Origin: Acutalibacteraceae bacterium
GTDB lineage: Bacteria > Bacillota > Clostridia > Oscillospirales > Acutalibacteraceae
Direction: 5' to 3'
Length of the DNA stretch: 64,000 nt
NCBI GenBank assembly: GCA_045656145.1
Contig: JAZOQP010000037.1
Span: forward strand, 13,257-77,256
Position 1 is the first letter of the stretch, and each line of letters begins with the position of its first letter. Under the pieces are notes generated by a model. It searched no databases and was not told where the DNA came from. It was given only the letters and a program-made list of their open reading frames with translations. Both the position numbers and the translations under genes were made by a program. This document shows positions 25,137 through 33,557 of the stretch, one piece after another.

Positions 25137-26057
25137 TTATCCGTTTAATCCGCCCATACTGTTTCCGATGGAATCATTAACAGGCTCTTCTTCCTCTTGA
25201 CCGCCGCCCTGGTTTCCACCTTGGTTATCGCCGGTATTATCATTGTTATCGTCGTTGCTGTTGTCGTTGTTGTTATTGTCGTTGTTATCGTTGTTATCGT
25301 TGTTATCGTTACTATTATCGTTGTTATTGTTGTTATCGCTGTTATTGTTGTCGTTATTATTATTGTTGTTATCGTTGTTATTATTATCGTTGTTATTATT
25401 GTTATTATTGTCGTTATTGTTGTTATTATCGTTGCTATTATCGTTGTTATTGTCGTTATCGCTGTTATTATCGTTGCTATTATCGTTGTTATTGTTGTTA
25501 TCGCTGTTATTGTTGTCGTTATTGTTGTTATTATTGTTGTTATTATCGTTGTTATTATTGTTGTTATTATTGTTGTTGTTATTATTGTTGTTGTTATTAT
25601 TGTTGTTATTATTATTATTGTTATTGTTATTGTTATTATTATTATTGTTGTTATTATTGTTATTATTATTGTTATTGTTATTATTGTTATTATTGTTATT
25701 ATTGTTATTATTGTTGTTATTGTTGTCGTCATTATCAGAGAAAAGGTCATCGAAATCATTGCCCTGATTATTGCCGCCCAGATTATTACTTCCTTCTTCG
25801 CCGCCATCAATTATGCCATTGGAATTAGGCTTATTGCTTTCGGAATTACCGTTACCACTACCGCTGCCATCAGGAGTAGTGCTTTCTCCGCCGTTATTAT
25901 CGGGGAGCTCGGTACCGTTATCGGTGCCCTGCTCTATCTGAGAGTTACTACCCGCGGTTTCTCCCGCACCATTAGGGTTACATGTTGCAAGAATTATTGC
26001 AACGGCTAAAGCTACAACAACTATAGGAATTAAGATAAATAATGTCTTTTTATTCAT
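25137..26057 (-). CDS. Membrane-anchored (possibly lipoprotein) intrinsically disordered Asn/Asp/Gly/Ser-rich protein with ~59-residue homo-Asn tract
   Basis: AAGGTGGTG RBS. The N-terminus is MNKKTLFILIPIVVVALAVAIILATC. The rest is low complexity: NGAGETAGSNS..., then uninterrupted AAT/AAC codons at 25548-25724, then (D/S)N(n) repeats, ending GGNQGGGQEEEEPVNDSIGNSMGGLNG. Confidence 0.7.
   Translation of the reverse strand: MNKKTLFILIPIVVVALAVAIILATCNPNGAGETAGSNSQIEQGTDNGTELPDNNGGESTTPDGSGSGNGNSESNKPNSNGIIDGGEEGSNNLGGNNQGNDFDDLFSDNDDNNNNNNNNNNNNNNNNNNNNNNNNNNNNNNNNNNNNNNNNNNNNNNNNNNNNNNNNNNNDNNNNNNNNNDNNNSDNNNNNDNSNDNNSDNDNNNDNSNDNNNNNDNNNNNNNDNNNNDNNNNNNDNNNSDNNNNNDNSNDNNDNNDNNDNNNNDNSNDDNNDNTGDNQGGNQGGGQEEEEPVNDSIGNSMGGLNG
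25240..25735. repeat. Cryptic trinucleotide (AAY)n / (GAY-AAY) low-complexity tract
   Basis: The plus strand is almost exclusively (A/G)TT triplets with occasional ATC/GTC/GCT. It produces open frames in several phases on both strands. Confidence 0.9.
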
Positions 26058-26077
26058 ACGAACACCACCTTAAATTT

Positions 26078-26106
26078 AGTATACAATATATTCCTTAATA
26101 AATCAA
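26078..26106 (-). promoter_or_regulatory. Putative promoter of the poly-Asn gene
   Basis: Minus strand TTGATT (26101-26106), 17 nt, TATACT (26078-26083). Confidence 0.45.
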
Positions 26107-26128
26107 GAAGATAATTTTAACAAAACCC

Positions 26129-26157
26129 TTGACAAATGGCTCCAAATACCTTATTAT
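26129..26157 (+). promoter_or_regulatory. Putative promoter of tRNA-Leu
   Basis: TTGACA (26129-26134), 17 nt, TATTAT (26152-26157), 22 nt upstream of the tRNA 5' end. Confidence 0.5.
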
Positions 26158-26179
26158 ATTTAAGTGCTAAATTTAATAT

Positions 26180-26266
26180 GCCGCTGTGGTGGAATAGGCA
26201 GACACAAGGGACTTAAAATCCCTCGGGGGCGACTCCGTACCGGTTCAAGTCCGGTCAGCGGCACCA
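26180..26266 (+). tRNA. tRNA-Leu (anticodon UAA), class II with long variable arm, CCA encoded
   Basis: Acceptor stem GCCGCTG/CAGCGGC. Anticodon stem-loop AGGGA-CTTAAAA-TCCCT (anticodon TAA). Long variable arm, T-arm CCGGTTCAAGTCCGG, and 3' ACCA. Confidence 0.9.
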
Positions 26267-26299
26267 AAAATCCCGTTCACGAAAGTGAATGGGATTTTT
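26267..26299 (+). terminator. Rho-independent terminator after tRNA-Leu
   Basis: AAAATCCCGTTCAC-gaaa-GTGAATGGGATTTT followed by T. Confidence 0.75.
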
Positions 26300-26443
26300 A
26301 CTTTTTACTTCTTATCTCTTCACTATTACATCAAAATTAAACTTTGCACCTTTTTATTCAAGCTGATATACCAAAACAATTTAACAGCATATACTAATAC
26401 TGGGCATATAGAAACCATAAAATATGAAAGTTATTGATACGCT

Positions 26444-26608
26444 ATGAATTCGTTAGAACTAACAACCGCAATAACTGCGCTTGCCAATACCATTGCTTGC
26501 AACCTCTCGATTGATGAAATGGCTCTTTTAGCAAGCATTCTCGTTCAGTTGGGCGACACCCTCGCCACAATTGCGGCAAGAGAAAATTTATGCATAGATA
26601 AAAAATAA
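26444..26608 (+). CDS. 54-aa small Cys-containing protein (not in the ORF track; resembles a small-protein family common in Clostridia, recalled as DUF6774-like)
   Basis: The ATG-to-TAA ORF gives MNSLELTTAITALANTIACNLSIDEMALLASILVQLGDTLATIAARENLCIDKK. It ends immediately before a strong terminator. The RBS is weak or absent. Confidence 0.5.
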   Translation: MNSLELTTAITALANTIACNLSIDEMALLASILVQLGDTLATIAARENLCIDKK

Positions 26609-26646
26609 CCGAGGTCTGATTTAAAATATCAGACCTCGGTTTATTT
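26609..26646. terminator. Bidirectional terminator
   Basis: CCGAGGTCTGAT-ttaaaat-ATCAGACCTCGG followed by TTTATTTA. It lies between convergent genes. Confidence 0.8.
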
Positions 26647-26654
26647 ATCGCTTA

Positions 26655-27383
26655 CTAATCTCTTCCTCCGAAGTTTAAATTAAAACCATCCGAGTTATTT
26701 GATGATGGCTGAGGTAAATAAGGAATAAGGCGCTCAGCTGTATTAATAATCGGCATAGACTGAATATACACTTTACCGGGGCCTGTAATTCGGGTGTTGA
26801 AAACACCTTCTCCGCCAAACAAAATATTTTTAAAGCCCCTAACGGTTTCAATATCCATGCTGCAACTTTCGCTCATTGCCGCAAGGTAACCTGTATCAAC
26901 AATTATGCTCTCCCCTACGCCTAAGGTGTATTCCTTGCAATAGCCATCGATTTCAATGAAGGCGGTGCCTTCGCCCGAAATCTTTTGCATAATGAATCCT
27001 TCTCCGCCAAACAAACCTCTGCCTAGAGATTTTTGGAAAAACACGGATAAATCTAAACCCTTCTCCATTGCTAAGAAGCCTGATTTTTGAACAATAATGC
27101 CGTTACCCAATGTTACTTCAAAAGGAATTATAGAGCCGGGGAAAGATGAAGCAAAAGCAATCATTCCGCTGCTACCCTGCGGGGTATATTCATTCATAAA
27201 TATGGAATCTCCCGAAAGAAGCCTACCAAGTGCCTTTTTAATTCCACCGCCGCTATTGGTTTGCATCTGCATATTGGGGCTCATCCAACTCATTGCGCCA
27301 CTTTGAGTGCAAAGGGATTGACCCACTTCGGGATAACAAATAACAACCGGTAAATTGCCACCTTCAATTTCATATTTAATCAT
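26655..27383 (-). CDS. TIGR00266 / AIM24 (DUF124) family protein
   Basis: MIKYEIEGGNLPVV...LCTQSGAMSWMSPNMQM...GGEGFIMQKISGEG.AFIE...GGEGVFNTRITGPGKVYIQSMP is a typical AIM24-family pattern. Confidence 0.8.
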   Translation of the reverse strand: MIKYEIEGGNLPVVICYPEVGQSLCTQSGAMSWMSPNMQMQTNSGGGIKKALGRLLSGDSIFMNEYTPQGSSGMIAFASSFPGSIIPFEVTLGNGIIVQKSGFLAMEKGLDLSVFFQKSLGRGLFGGEGFIMQKISGEGTAFIEIDGYCKEYTLGVGESIIVDTGYLAAMSESCSMDIETVRGFKNILFGGEGVFNTRITGPGKVYIQSMPIINTAERLIPYLPQPSSNNSDGFNLNFGGRD

Positions 27384-27419
27384 AACTTCCCCTCCAATTA
27401 TATAAGTTGTAAATTTATC

Positions 27420-27812
27420 TTATTTCACAGTTTCATAAGGCCAGCTGATAATTCCGCCAAATTCTTTAACATTGGTATATCCCATATCGGCAAGAGCCTG
27501 CGCAACTTTTTTACTTCGATTACCGCTTCGGCAATAAACCAAAATTAATTTATCCTTGTTTGGAAACATTTGCGGTGCTAGTTCCTTAACATTCTCCTCT
27601 TGAAGAACAATAGCATTTTTAATATGACCCGATTCAAATTCCTCGGGAGTTCTGGCATCAACTATTATATAATCCTTCTCGGTATCTATAATCTGCTTGG
27701 CTTCCTGAGGGGTAATTTGAGTATATTCAATCTTTTCTTCCTTACAAGATGATAAACAAAAAAGAGAAAGACAAACAAAAAGCACCGAAATCATTCCTTT
27801 TAATATTTTCAT
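27420..27812 (-). CDS. Rhodanese-domain lipoprotein (sulfurtransferase-like)
   Basis: Signal and lipobox LFCLSS-C. Rhodanese core IIVDARTPEEFESGHIKNAI...LVYCRSGNRS with the active-site Cys. Confidence 0.85.
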   Translation of the reverse strand: MKILKGMISVLFVCLSLFCLSSCKEEKIEYTQITPQEAKQIIDTEKDYIIVDARTPEEFESGHIKNAIVLQEENVKELAPQMFPNKDKLILVYCRSGNRSKKVAQALADMGYTNVKEFGGIISWPYETVK

Positions 27813-27920
27813 AAACCTACTCCTTAAATTTCTTTATTAAATTATATCACTTTTTTAAAGGTTATACAATAGCAATTCATAAAGAAATGGAATTAACATA
27901 TAAATAATTAAGGTGGTATA

Positions 27921-28448
27921 ATGAAAAACAAACTCTTATTTTGGCAAACCGCAGGATTTATTTTCACTAGTGTTATGGGCACCCTTTTGCACTTTCTATA
28001 TGAATGGAGCAATAATTCCATTCTTATAGCACCCTTTTCGGCGGTTAATGAATCGATTTTTGAGCATATGAAACTGCTTTATTTCCCGCTACTTATCTTT
28101 TCTATTATTCAATATAAATTCATAGGAAGGTATTTCGAAAACTTTTGGTATGCAAAACTTATTGGAACAACCTTAGGCCTGTTGATTATCCCTACGCTGT
28201 TTTACACATACACCGGTGCTTTTGGGGTTATGAAGGATTGGTTTAATATTACAATTTTCTTTATTGCCGCCGCCATTACCTATTATACCGAAACCAAAAT
28301 ATTAAAAAGTAGAAAATGTTCTCTTCCTTCTGCCATTTCACTTTTTATTCTCATTTTAATTGGAATTGTTTTTATTGTTCTTACCTTTTCCCCTCCAAAA
28401 TTGCCTCTTTTTATAGATCCCATCACAAAGCTTTACGGAATAATATAA
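27921..28448 (+). CDS. Integral membrane protein (DUF6512-like by recollection)
   Basis: AAGGTGG RBS. About 5 TM helices and the motif LLHFLYEWSNNS...FSAVNESIFEHMKLLYFP. Confidence 0.6.
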   Translation: MKNKLLFWQTAGFIFTSVMGTLLHFLYEWSNNSILIAPFSAVNESIFEHMKLLYFPLLIFSIIQYKFIGRYFENFWYAKLIGTTLGLLIIPTLFYTYTGAFGVMKDWFNITIFFIAAAITYYTETKILKSRKCSLPSAISLFILILIGIVFIVLTFSPPKLPLFIDPITKLYGII

Positions 28449-28449
28449 A

Positions 28450-28482
28450 AACCCGAGTTGTATTAAAATACAACTCGGGTTT
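28450..28482. terminator. Bidirectional terminator
   Basis: AACCCGAGTTGTA-ttaaaa-TACAACTCGGGTT flanked by A and T runs. It lies between convergent genes. Confidence 0.85.
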
Positions 28483-28486
28483 TGTT

Positions 28487-29953
28487 TTAATTAAATTTAA
28501 ATGAATAAAGGTCTGCATCCTTTAAATAGAACTTAAGTCTAATAGGCTTACCTTCAAGTTCCTTTAGTTCCTTTTGGAATACTGCGGGTCTGCCTACTGT
28601 ATCGCCAAACATTTCGCAGGTTTTATAGCCTTCAATTTCATTACCATCTTCATCGCAAACGGTAATAATCAAAGTGCCCATGGCGCCTGTTTCAAAGTTA
28701 AGCTCTAATTCGCTTCCCTCAAAGGTAAAAGGCTTTGTTAAAACTTCGCCGCCTGTATATTTAGAATACCAGGAAACAAAACCATCAAGGCGCACTGTAT
28801 AGCGACGCCAATTAACCTTATCGGTGCGATAGTTTTCAATTGCTAAGAAAGAAAGTTCATTTGGAGCGTTCTCAACATCGCTTTCGGTTTCATAAAGACC
28901 GCGTGCTACAGAGCCATCGCCATACCACCAGCGATATTCTCCATACGGCTTTAAGTAAGCTTCATCCCAACGCTTAAAACTTGTACCATCTCGTGAAGTC
29001 ATAAGTAAAGTATCGGTAAAGGCTGTGCCGCCTCGACCTGTTCCCTCGATAACGAATTCGCGCATATCCCATTGAGGCATATGCTTTAGGTTATCCATAC
29101 TGTCCCAACGCTCATTGTAGCGCATAGGCATAGCAATATACATATCCTTAGCTCTTTCATATTTCACGGTTTGGCTGGTGTAAAGCTGCATAACCTCTTT
29201 GCCTTCTTCATAATCTATCTCGCCGTGAATATCAAAGGTTTTAAAATCGGTTGTAGTTGCAGTTCTAACTTCACGAATAATATTATTAGATTTGTTTACA
29301 ACATCGAAATCCTCTGCCTCGGCATTTTTGGTGCGCTCACCGCGATAATAGATTCGATATTTATTTATATCCTTATCCCAAAAGGCAATATTATAACTAT
29401 CGAATGAGCCTGGGAGGTCGAGTCGGCCGCGAGGCTCAAAATCAATACCATTAGGGCTTACGAACATATAAAGTCCGTGAGGGCCATCATCCTGCGGATA
29501 ACCTTCGCCGCCCCCCATAGCAAAACCCTTGAATTTTTCTTCAGGCGGACAATTAGGATTTTCATCATAGCAAACCGCTAAATTATCACGGTTTTCATTA
29601 AAGAAAATATTGTTATGAAGCTTACCGTTAAAGATATGCTTATCAACCCATTTTTTCTTAAAATGCTTACCATCTAAACTTTCATAAACGGTATATGTTG
29701 ATGGGAAAACCTTACCCCAGCAGTTACCCGGACACAAAAGACTGTTGGCGCTTCTCTGCCAAAAATAGTATCTATCGCCTACCTTTGCCACGGTGCCATA
29801 GCTATTATGTATACCATCCCATTGGCTATCACAAACAATGGCTAGATCGCGAGGGGTTGGCTTATGCATACGGATTTCTACATTTTCTTGCTTTTCAAGA
29901 AGAAAATCATCCCAGCAAAGCATTCGGTTATTCTTTAATTCATAAACTCCCAT
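28487..29953 (-). CDS. Cytoplasmic protein of unknown function, glycosidase-like (propeller-like N-domain + C-terminal beta-sandwich) by eye
   Basis: ATG 29951-29953 lies 7 nt after AGGAGA. No signal peptide. The C-terminal ~110 aa (VRLDGFVSW...GEVLTKPFTFEGSELELNFETGAMGTLIITVCDEDGNEIEGY...GKPIRLKFYLKDADLYSFKF) resembles accessory beta-sandwiches of GH32/GH43-type enzymes. It is the last gene of the BNR operon. Confidence 0.4.
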   Translation of the reverse strand: MGVYELKNNRMLCWDDFLLEKQENVEIRMHKPTPRDLAIVCDSQWDGIHNSYGTVAKVGDRYYFWQRSANSLLCPGNCWGKVFPSTYTVYESLDGKHFKKKWVDKHIFNGKLHNNIFFNENRDNLAVCYDENPNCPPEEKFKGFAMGGGEGYPQDDGPHGLYMFVSPNGIDFEPRGRLDLPGSFDSYNIAFWDKDINKYRIYYRGERTKNAEAEDFDVVNKSNNIIREVRTATTTDFKTFDIHGEIDYEEGKEVMQLYTSQTVKYERAKDMYIAMPMRYNERWDSMDNLKHMPQWDMREFVIEGTGRGGTAFTDTLLMTSRDGTSFKRWDEAYLKPYGEYRWWYGDGSVARGLYETESDVENAPNELSFLAIENYRTDKVNWRRYTVRLDGFVSWYSKYTGGEVLTKPFTFEGSELELNFETGAMGTLIITVCDEDGNEIEGYKTCEMFGDTVGRPAVFQKELKELEGKPIRLKFYLKDADLYSFKFN

Positions 29954-29967
29954 TTTCAATTCTCCTT

Positions 29968-30981
29968 TTATCTTTTATCAAAAAGCCTTGCGGCATTGTT
30001 ATAGAAAAGGTCTTCTATTTGGTTCTCGTTAAGCTCGGCTAAAATGCAGGCCTGGCGGGTAGCCATTAGGTTTTCGGTAGCAATAAGCCAACTTTTAAGG
30101 GTGGTAGAGGAAGCGAAATTATCTAAATCATTCTGATATATCCAATAAAAACTATCGGCTAAGGATATAGCTTTTCCTCTGCCGCGGCAAACCATATAGT
30201 CGCTTCCCCACATACATTTTTGAAGCCCTGCTTTGCGCATAATCTGGAACATTGCGGGAGATTCGCAAACGGCGGAAAAATCAAACCAAACATTATCTAA
30301 TGCCGCTACCTTATGCACATTTTCAAGTGCTGTCCAAGAAGCAAAGGAGCGTGCTGCATGGGCTAAAATAAGAGTGGCATCGGGATGTTTTTTTGCCATT
30401 TCGATTATGTATTTACTGTTACCTTCATCAGCTAAAGCCAAATCTTTTACCATATGAAGCGTTATAACCATTTTGTGTTTATTAGCAACCTCCCAAACTG
30501 ATTCAGGAAGATATTCACCAATATCCGAGTGCCAAGTTACTTCTTTAGGCCCATAAACGTGATAACACTTAAAGCCCCTGATATTAGGATGCTGAGCAAT
30601 GCGCTTTTCTAAATCTTCAACCGTATCGGTTGGACTTACAATAATTTCACCAACATTAAGATTATCCTTATTTAACTGGTCGATTAAAAATTTATCGCAT
30701 CTTTTAAAATTCTCTCGAAAATTGGGTTTGCCATCAATATCAGGATAGCCAATTATATTTGCTCGCCAAACTTTTGGAGAACATAAAAGGTCATTCATTT
30801 CAGCTCTATATTTTTCAAGGGTTAATTCAAGATTATTTTCAAGGGGTGAAGTTAAAGCTCTTGCGGAATTAGAATTAAAAAGATGAATATGGGTATCAAA
30901 AATTTTATCAGGCAAAAAGTCCTTTAAAATTTTTATAGCCTCGTAATCGTGCTCTGTATAAACCATATCCTTGCCTAACAT
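29968..30981 (-). CDS. Amidohydrolase-2 family metal-dependent hydrolase (TIM barrel)
   Basis: HxH motif FDTHIHLF near the N-terminus, later LILAHAARS and WGSDYMV (metal-binding Asp). GGAGGAA RBS lies within the upstream gene's 3' end. Confidence 0.7.
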   Translation of the reverse strand: MLGKDMVYTEHDYEAIKILKDFLPDKIFDTHIHLFNSNSARALTSPLENNLELTLEKYRAEMNDLLCSPKVWRANIIGYPDIDGKPNFRENFKRCDKFLIDQLNKDNLNVGEIIVSPTDTVEDLEKRIAQHPNIRGFKCYHVYGPKEVTWHSDIGEYLPESVWEVANKHKMVITLHMVKDLALADEGNSKYIIEMAKKHPDATLILAHAARSFASWTALENVHKVAALDNVWFDFSAVCESPAMFQIMRKAGLQKCMWGSDYMVCRGRGKAISLADSFYWIYQNDLDNFASSTTLKSWLIATENLMATRQACILAELNENQIEDLFYNNAARLFDKR

Positions 30982-30985
30982 ATCA

Positions 30986-32104
30986 TTATTCCTCCACTAC
31001 AACTAAATTAAAGTCGGTTCTGTGGGTGGAAGGTCCTGCATAAAAATAAGCGCCAATAGTGTTATCACTAAGTCTTATAATAAATGGGTGGCCAACATTG
31101 AATTTACCCATTTCCGCCCAAACATCATTCATACCTGCATTTTGCTTGCCTTTGGTGTTGCTTCCGAAATCATAAACGGTTAGAGCATCTTCCCAGGTTT
31201 TACCGTTATCAAAACTTTTAGCAAGCTTAATAATGGGGGCTGAATCGCGATTGATATAAATGGTTATTAAACTTCCATCTTTACCGTTTATAACATTACC
31301 CGGCTGGCCTACTAATCCTGTATCGATAAGCTCGCCAAAGGTTCTACCGCCATCCTTACTATCGGTATAATGGATGTTTATATAATCTCCCTTAGTTCTA
31401 TCAAATGTCCAGAAAATATCAGCAACGGTGCCATCTTCTAAAACATCTAATCGCTGGTCCCAATAATAAATATCGGGATTATTGGTAATTATAACCTCAT
31501 CGCCCCAAGTATAACCACCATCGTTTGAATAAACAGCGCAACTATTATGTACCCAATATTTAGTTTCATAATAATGCTTATTAACCTCAAACTGAATACC
31601 AATTCTTCCATCCTTAGTTTTAAAAGGAGCACCTGTTAAAGGGAGTGGTGCATCATAAAAGGTTTTAACCTGAACTCGCTCTAACTGCGACCAAGTTTTA
31701 CCCATATCTTTAGAATGGGAAACGAGAATATAGGTTTCCTTTAAACCTTCAGTTTCTTCATTGTAATAAGGTAGGTCTTCGAGGGTTGCATCTACTGCAT
31801 TTAAAACTGCAATAAGATTATCCTCCGCTTCTTCAATAATATAACCTGTGCGAAGGGTGGTTTCCTTGCCATCAACAATCGGGGGCTTAAACCATTCGGC
31901 TATATCGCTCCAGGTTTTACCACCATCTTTCGACACGCAAAAACCTACATGATCGGTTTTGTTATCGGGAATTTTTCTTGCCGCCGCCTTGAAAGAAGCA
32001 ATGAGAGTGCCATCACTTAAAAGGCACATTGAAGGAAACGAACAGCTTGTGTATTTAGGAGTGTTTTCACCTGAATATACTGTTATTTTATCTATTATTT
32101 TCAT
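30986..32104 (-). CDS. BNR/Asp-box repeat six-bladed propeller protein (sialidase-fold), no signal peptide
   Basis: Five Asp boxes: SKDGGKTW, SKDMGKTW, SNDGGYTW, SKDGGRTF and SFDNGKTW. The position of the sialidase FRIP motif reads SFPSM, so there is no Arg. Confidence 0.75.
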   Translation of the reverse strand: MKIIDKITVYSGENTPKYTSCSFPSMCLLSDGTLIASFKAAARKIPDNKTDHVGFCVSKDGGKTWSDIAEWFKPPIVDGKETTLRTGYIIEEAEDNLIAVLNAVDATLEDLPYYNEETEGLKETYILVSHSKDMGKTWSQLERVQVKTFYDAPLPLTGAPFKTKDGRIGIQFEVNKHYYETKYWVHNSCAVYSNDGGYTWGDEVIITNNPDIYYWDQRLDVLEDGTVADIFWTFDRTKGDYINIHYTDSKDGGRTFGELIDTGLVGQPGNVINGKDGSLITIYINRDSAPIIKLAKSFDNGKTWEDALTVYDFGSNTKGKQNAGMNDVWAEMGKFNVGHPFIIRLSDNTIGAYFYAGPSTHRTDFNLVVVEE

Positions 32105-32136
32105 AGTTTTTACCTGCCTTTCAACTATCTACCCAA

Positions 32137-32165
32137 ACTTTAACACAATTAGTATTCTTTGTCAA
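32137..32165 (-). promoter_or_regulatory. Promoter of the BNR/amidohydrolase/unknown operon
   Basis: Minus strand TTGACA (32160-32165), 17 nt, TAAAGT (32137-32142) with an upstream TGt (extended -10). Confidence 0.5.
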
Positions 32166-32179
32166 TAAAAAACATAAAA

Positions 32180-32220
32180 AAACAAACGGAAATTGTAAAA
32201 TTATCAATTTCCGTTTGTTT
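32180..32220 (-). terminator. Rho-independent terminator after rubredoxin
   Basis: AAACAAACGGAAATT-11 nt-AATTTCCGTTTGTTT followed by T6 on the minus strand. Confidence 0.85.
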
Positions 32221-32223
32221 GCT

Positions 32224-32382
32224 TTATTCAGCTTTTGAAAAATTTGATTTATCTACTCCGCAAAGCGGGCAAACAAAATCATCCGGAAGGTCTTCAAACT
32301 TGGTTCCTGCCGCAATTCCATTGTCAGCATCGCCTAAAGCTTCATCGTACTCCCAACCACATACATCGCAAACGTATTTCAT
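32224..32382 (-). CDS. Rubredoxin (52 aa; missing from the ORF track, which shows only an antisense ORF here)
   Basis: [61 protein letters not shown] carries the two CxxCG knuckles. Confidence 0.95.
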   Translation of the reverse strand: MKYVCDVCGWEYDEALGDADNGIAAGTKFEDLPDDFVCPLCGVDKSNFSKAE

Positions 32383-32399
32383 AAAATAACCTCCTAAAT

Positions 32400-33557
32400 T
32401 TATTTGCTCAATTCTTCACTTAAAGCTATTAATTGAGCTTCACTATCGGCATTTATCGCCGATAGAATTTTAACATTGTTTTCGGTAAATTTTAAATCCT
32501 TTGAATTAGCAAGCATATCCTTCATGGTTTTAGTTGCCATTGGCGCCCAAGTGCCATTTTCAATAAATGCCACCATTCTGTTTTTAAAACCGCGCTCGGT
32601 TAGGTTTAAAATGAACTCCCTCATAAACGGAAAAACTCCGCCGTTATAGGTAGTTGTTGCAAAAACTATCTTGCTGAATTTAAAAGCATCCTCCACGGCC
32701 TCTGCCATATCGCATCTTGCTAAATCGGCTACAGCTACCTTCACATTTCTATTTTCCAAAAACGAGGCTAATTTTTCCACCGCTTTTTTAGTATTCCCAT
32801 AAACCGATGTATATGCAATTAAAACGCCTTCTTCTTCGGGAGTATAGGAAGACCAGATGTCATACAGGTTTACATAATACTCTATGTTTTTATCCAATAC
32901 CGGACCGTGAAGAGGACAAATTTTATTAATTTTTAATGCCGACGCCTTTTTAAGCAGACTTTGAACCTGTGCTCCGTATTTACCAACGATACCTATATAA
33001 TATCGCCTTGCTTCGCAGGCCCATTCTTCCTCTATATCCAATGAGCCGAATTTACCAAAAGCATCGGCCGAAAAGAGAATTTTCTCATAAGAATCATAGC
33101 TTAAAATAACTTCGGGCCAATGCACCATTGGAGCCGATATGAATTTAAGATTATGCTTTCCTAATTCGAGGGTGTCGCCTTCACCTACCACTATTCTTTT
33201 TTTATTAAAATCGGTGCCAAAAAAGTTTTGCATCATTGAAAAAGCCTTTGCCGATGCCACTAGTTTAGCATTAGGATATTTATTCACAAAGTCTATAACA
33301 CTTGCCGAATGGTCAGGCTCCATATGATGAACCACTAAATAATCAGGAGTTTTGCCATCTAACTCGTTTTGGAGATTTCTAAGCCATTCATCCGAAAAGT
33401 TTTTATCAACCGCATCCATAACGGCTATTTTTTCATCAATTATCACATAGGAATTATATGAAATACCCTCGGGCACTATATACATACCCTCAAATAAATC
33501 AATTTTTCTGTCGTTAACACCTATATATTTTACAGAATCGGTTATTTTAACTATCAT
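32400..33557 (-). CDS. fprA: Flavodiiron protein (FprA-type O2/NO reductase: metallo-beta-lactamase-like + flavodoxin domains)
   Basis: Diiron motif HHMEPDHS, a C-terminal flavodoxin-like domain ([12 protein letters not shown]), and a family-typical start [27 protein letters not shown] 33555-33557 overlaps the upstream TGA (ATGA). Confidence 0.85.
   Translation of the reverse strand: MIVKITDSVKYIGVNDRKIDLFEGMYIVPEGISYNSYVIIDEKIAVMDAVDKNFSDEWLRNLQNELDGKTPDYLVVHHMEPDHSASVIDFVNKYPNAKLVASAKAFSMMQNFFGTDFNKKRIVVGEGDTLELGKHNLKFISAPMVHWPEVILSYDSYEKILFSADAFGKFGSLDIEEEWACEARRYYIGIVGKYGAQVQSLLKKASALKINKICPLHGPVLDKNIEYYVNLYDIWSSYTPEEEGVLIAYTSVYGNTKKAVEKLASFLENRNVKVAVADLARCDMAEAVEDAFKFSKIVFATTTYNGGVFPFMREFILNLTERGFKNRMVAFIENGTWAPMATKTMKDMLANSKDLKFTENNVKILSAINADSEAQLIALSEELSK

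Noticed and set aside
25145-26009. Three long alternative-frame ORFs over the poly-Asn tract: 25145-25810 (-), 25197-26009 (+) and 25243-25767 (+). They encode poly-I/T, poly-V/I and poly-L/S.
   Set aside because: They are artefacts of the (A/G)TT triplet composition, which lacks stop codons in several phases. Only the 25137-26057 frame has an RBS, a start codon, a signal anchor and non-repetitive flanks.
26129-28448. tRNA-Leu as an integration site for a genomic island.
   Set aside because: There is no integrase, excisionase or phage/ICE gene on either side. I could find no direct repeat of the tRNA 3' end in the window. The flanking genes have their own ordinary promoters and terminators.
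32159-32389. Plus-strand 76-aa ORF from the track.
   Set aside because: It is the antisense shadow of a textbook rubredoxin gene (32224-32382, minus strand) that has an AGGAGG RBS and two CxxCG motifs.
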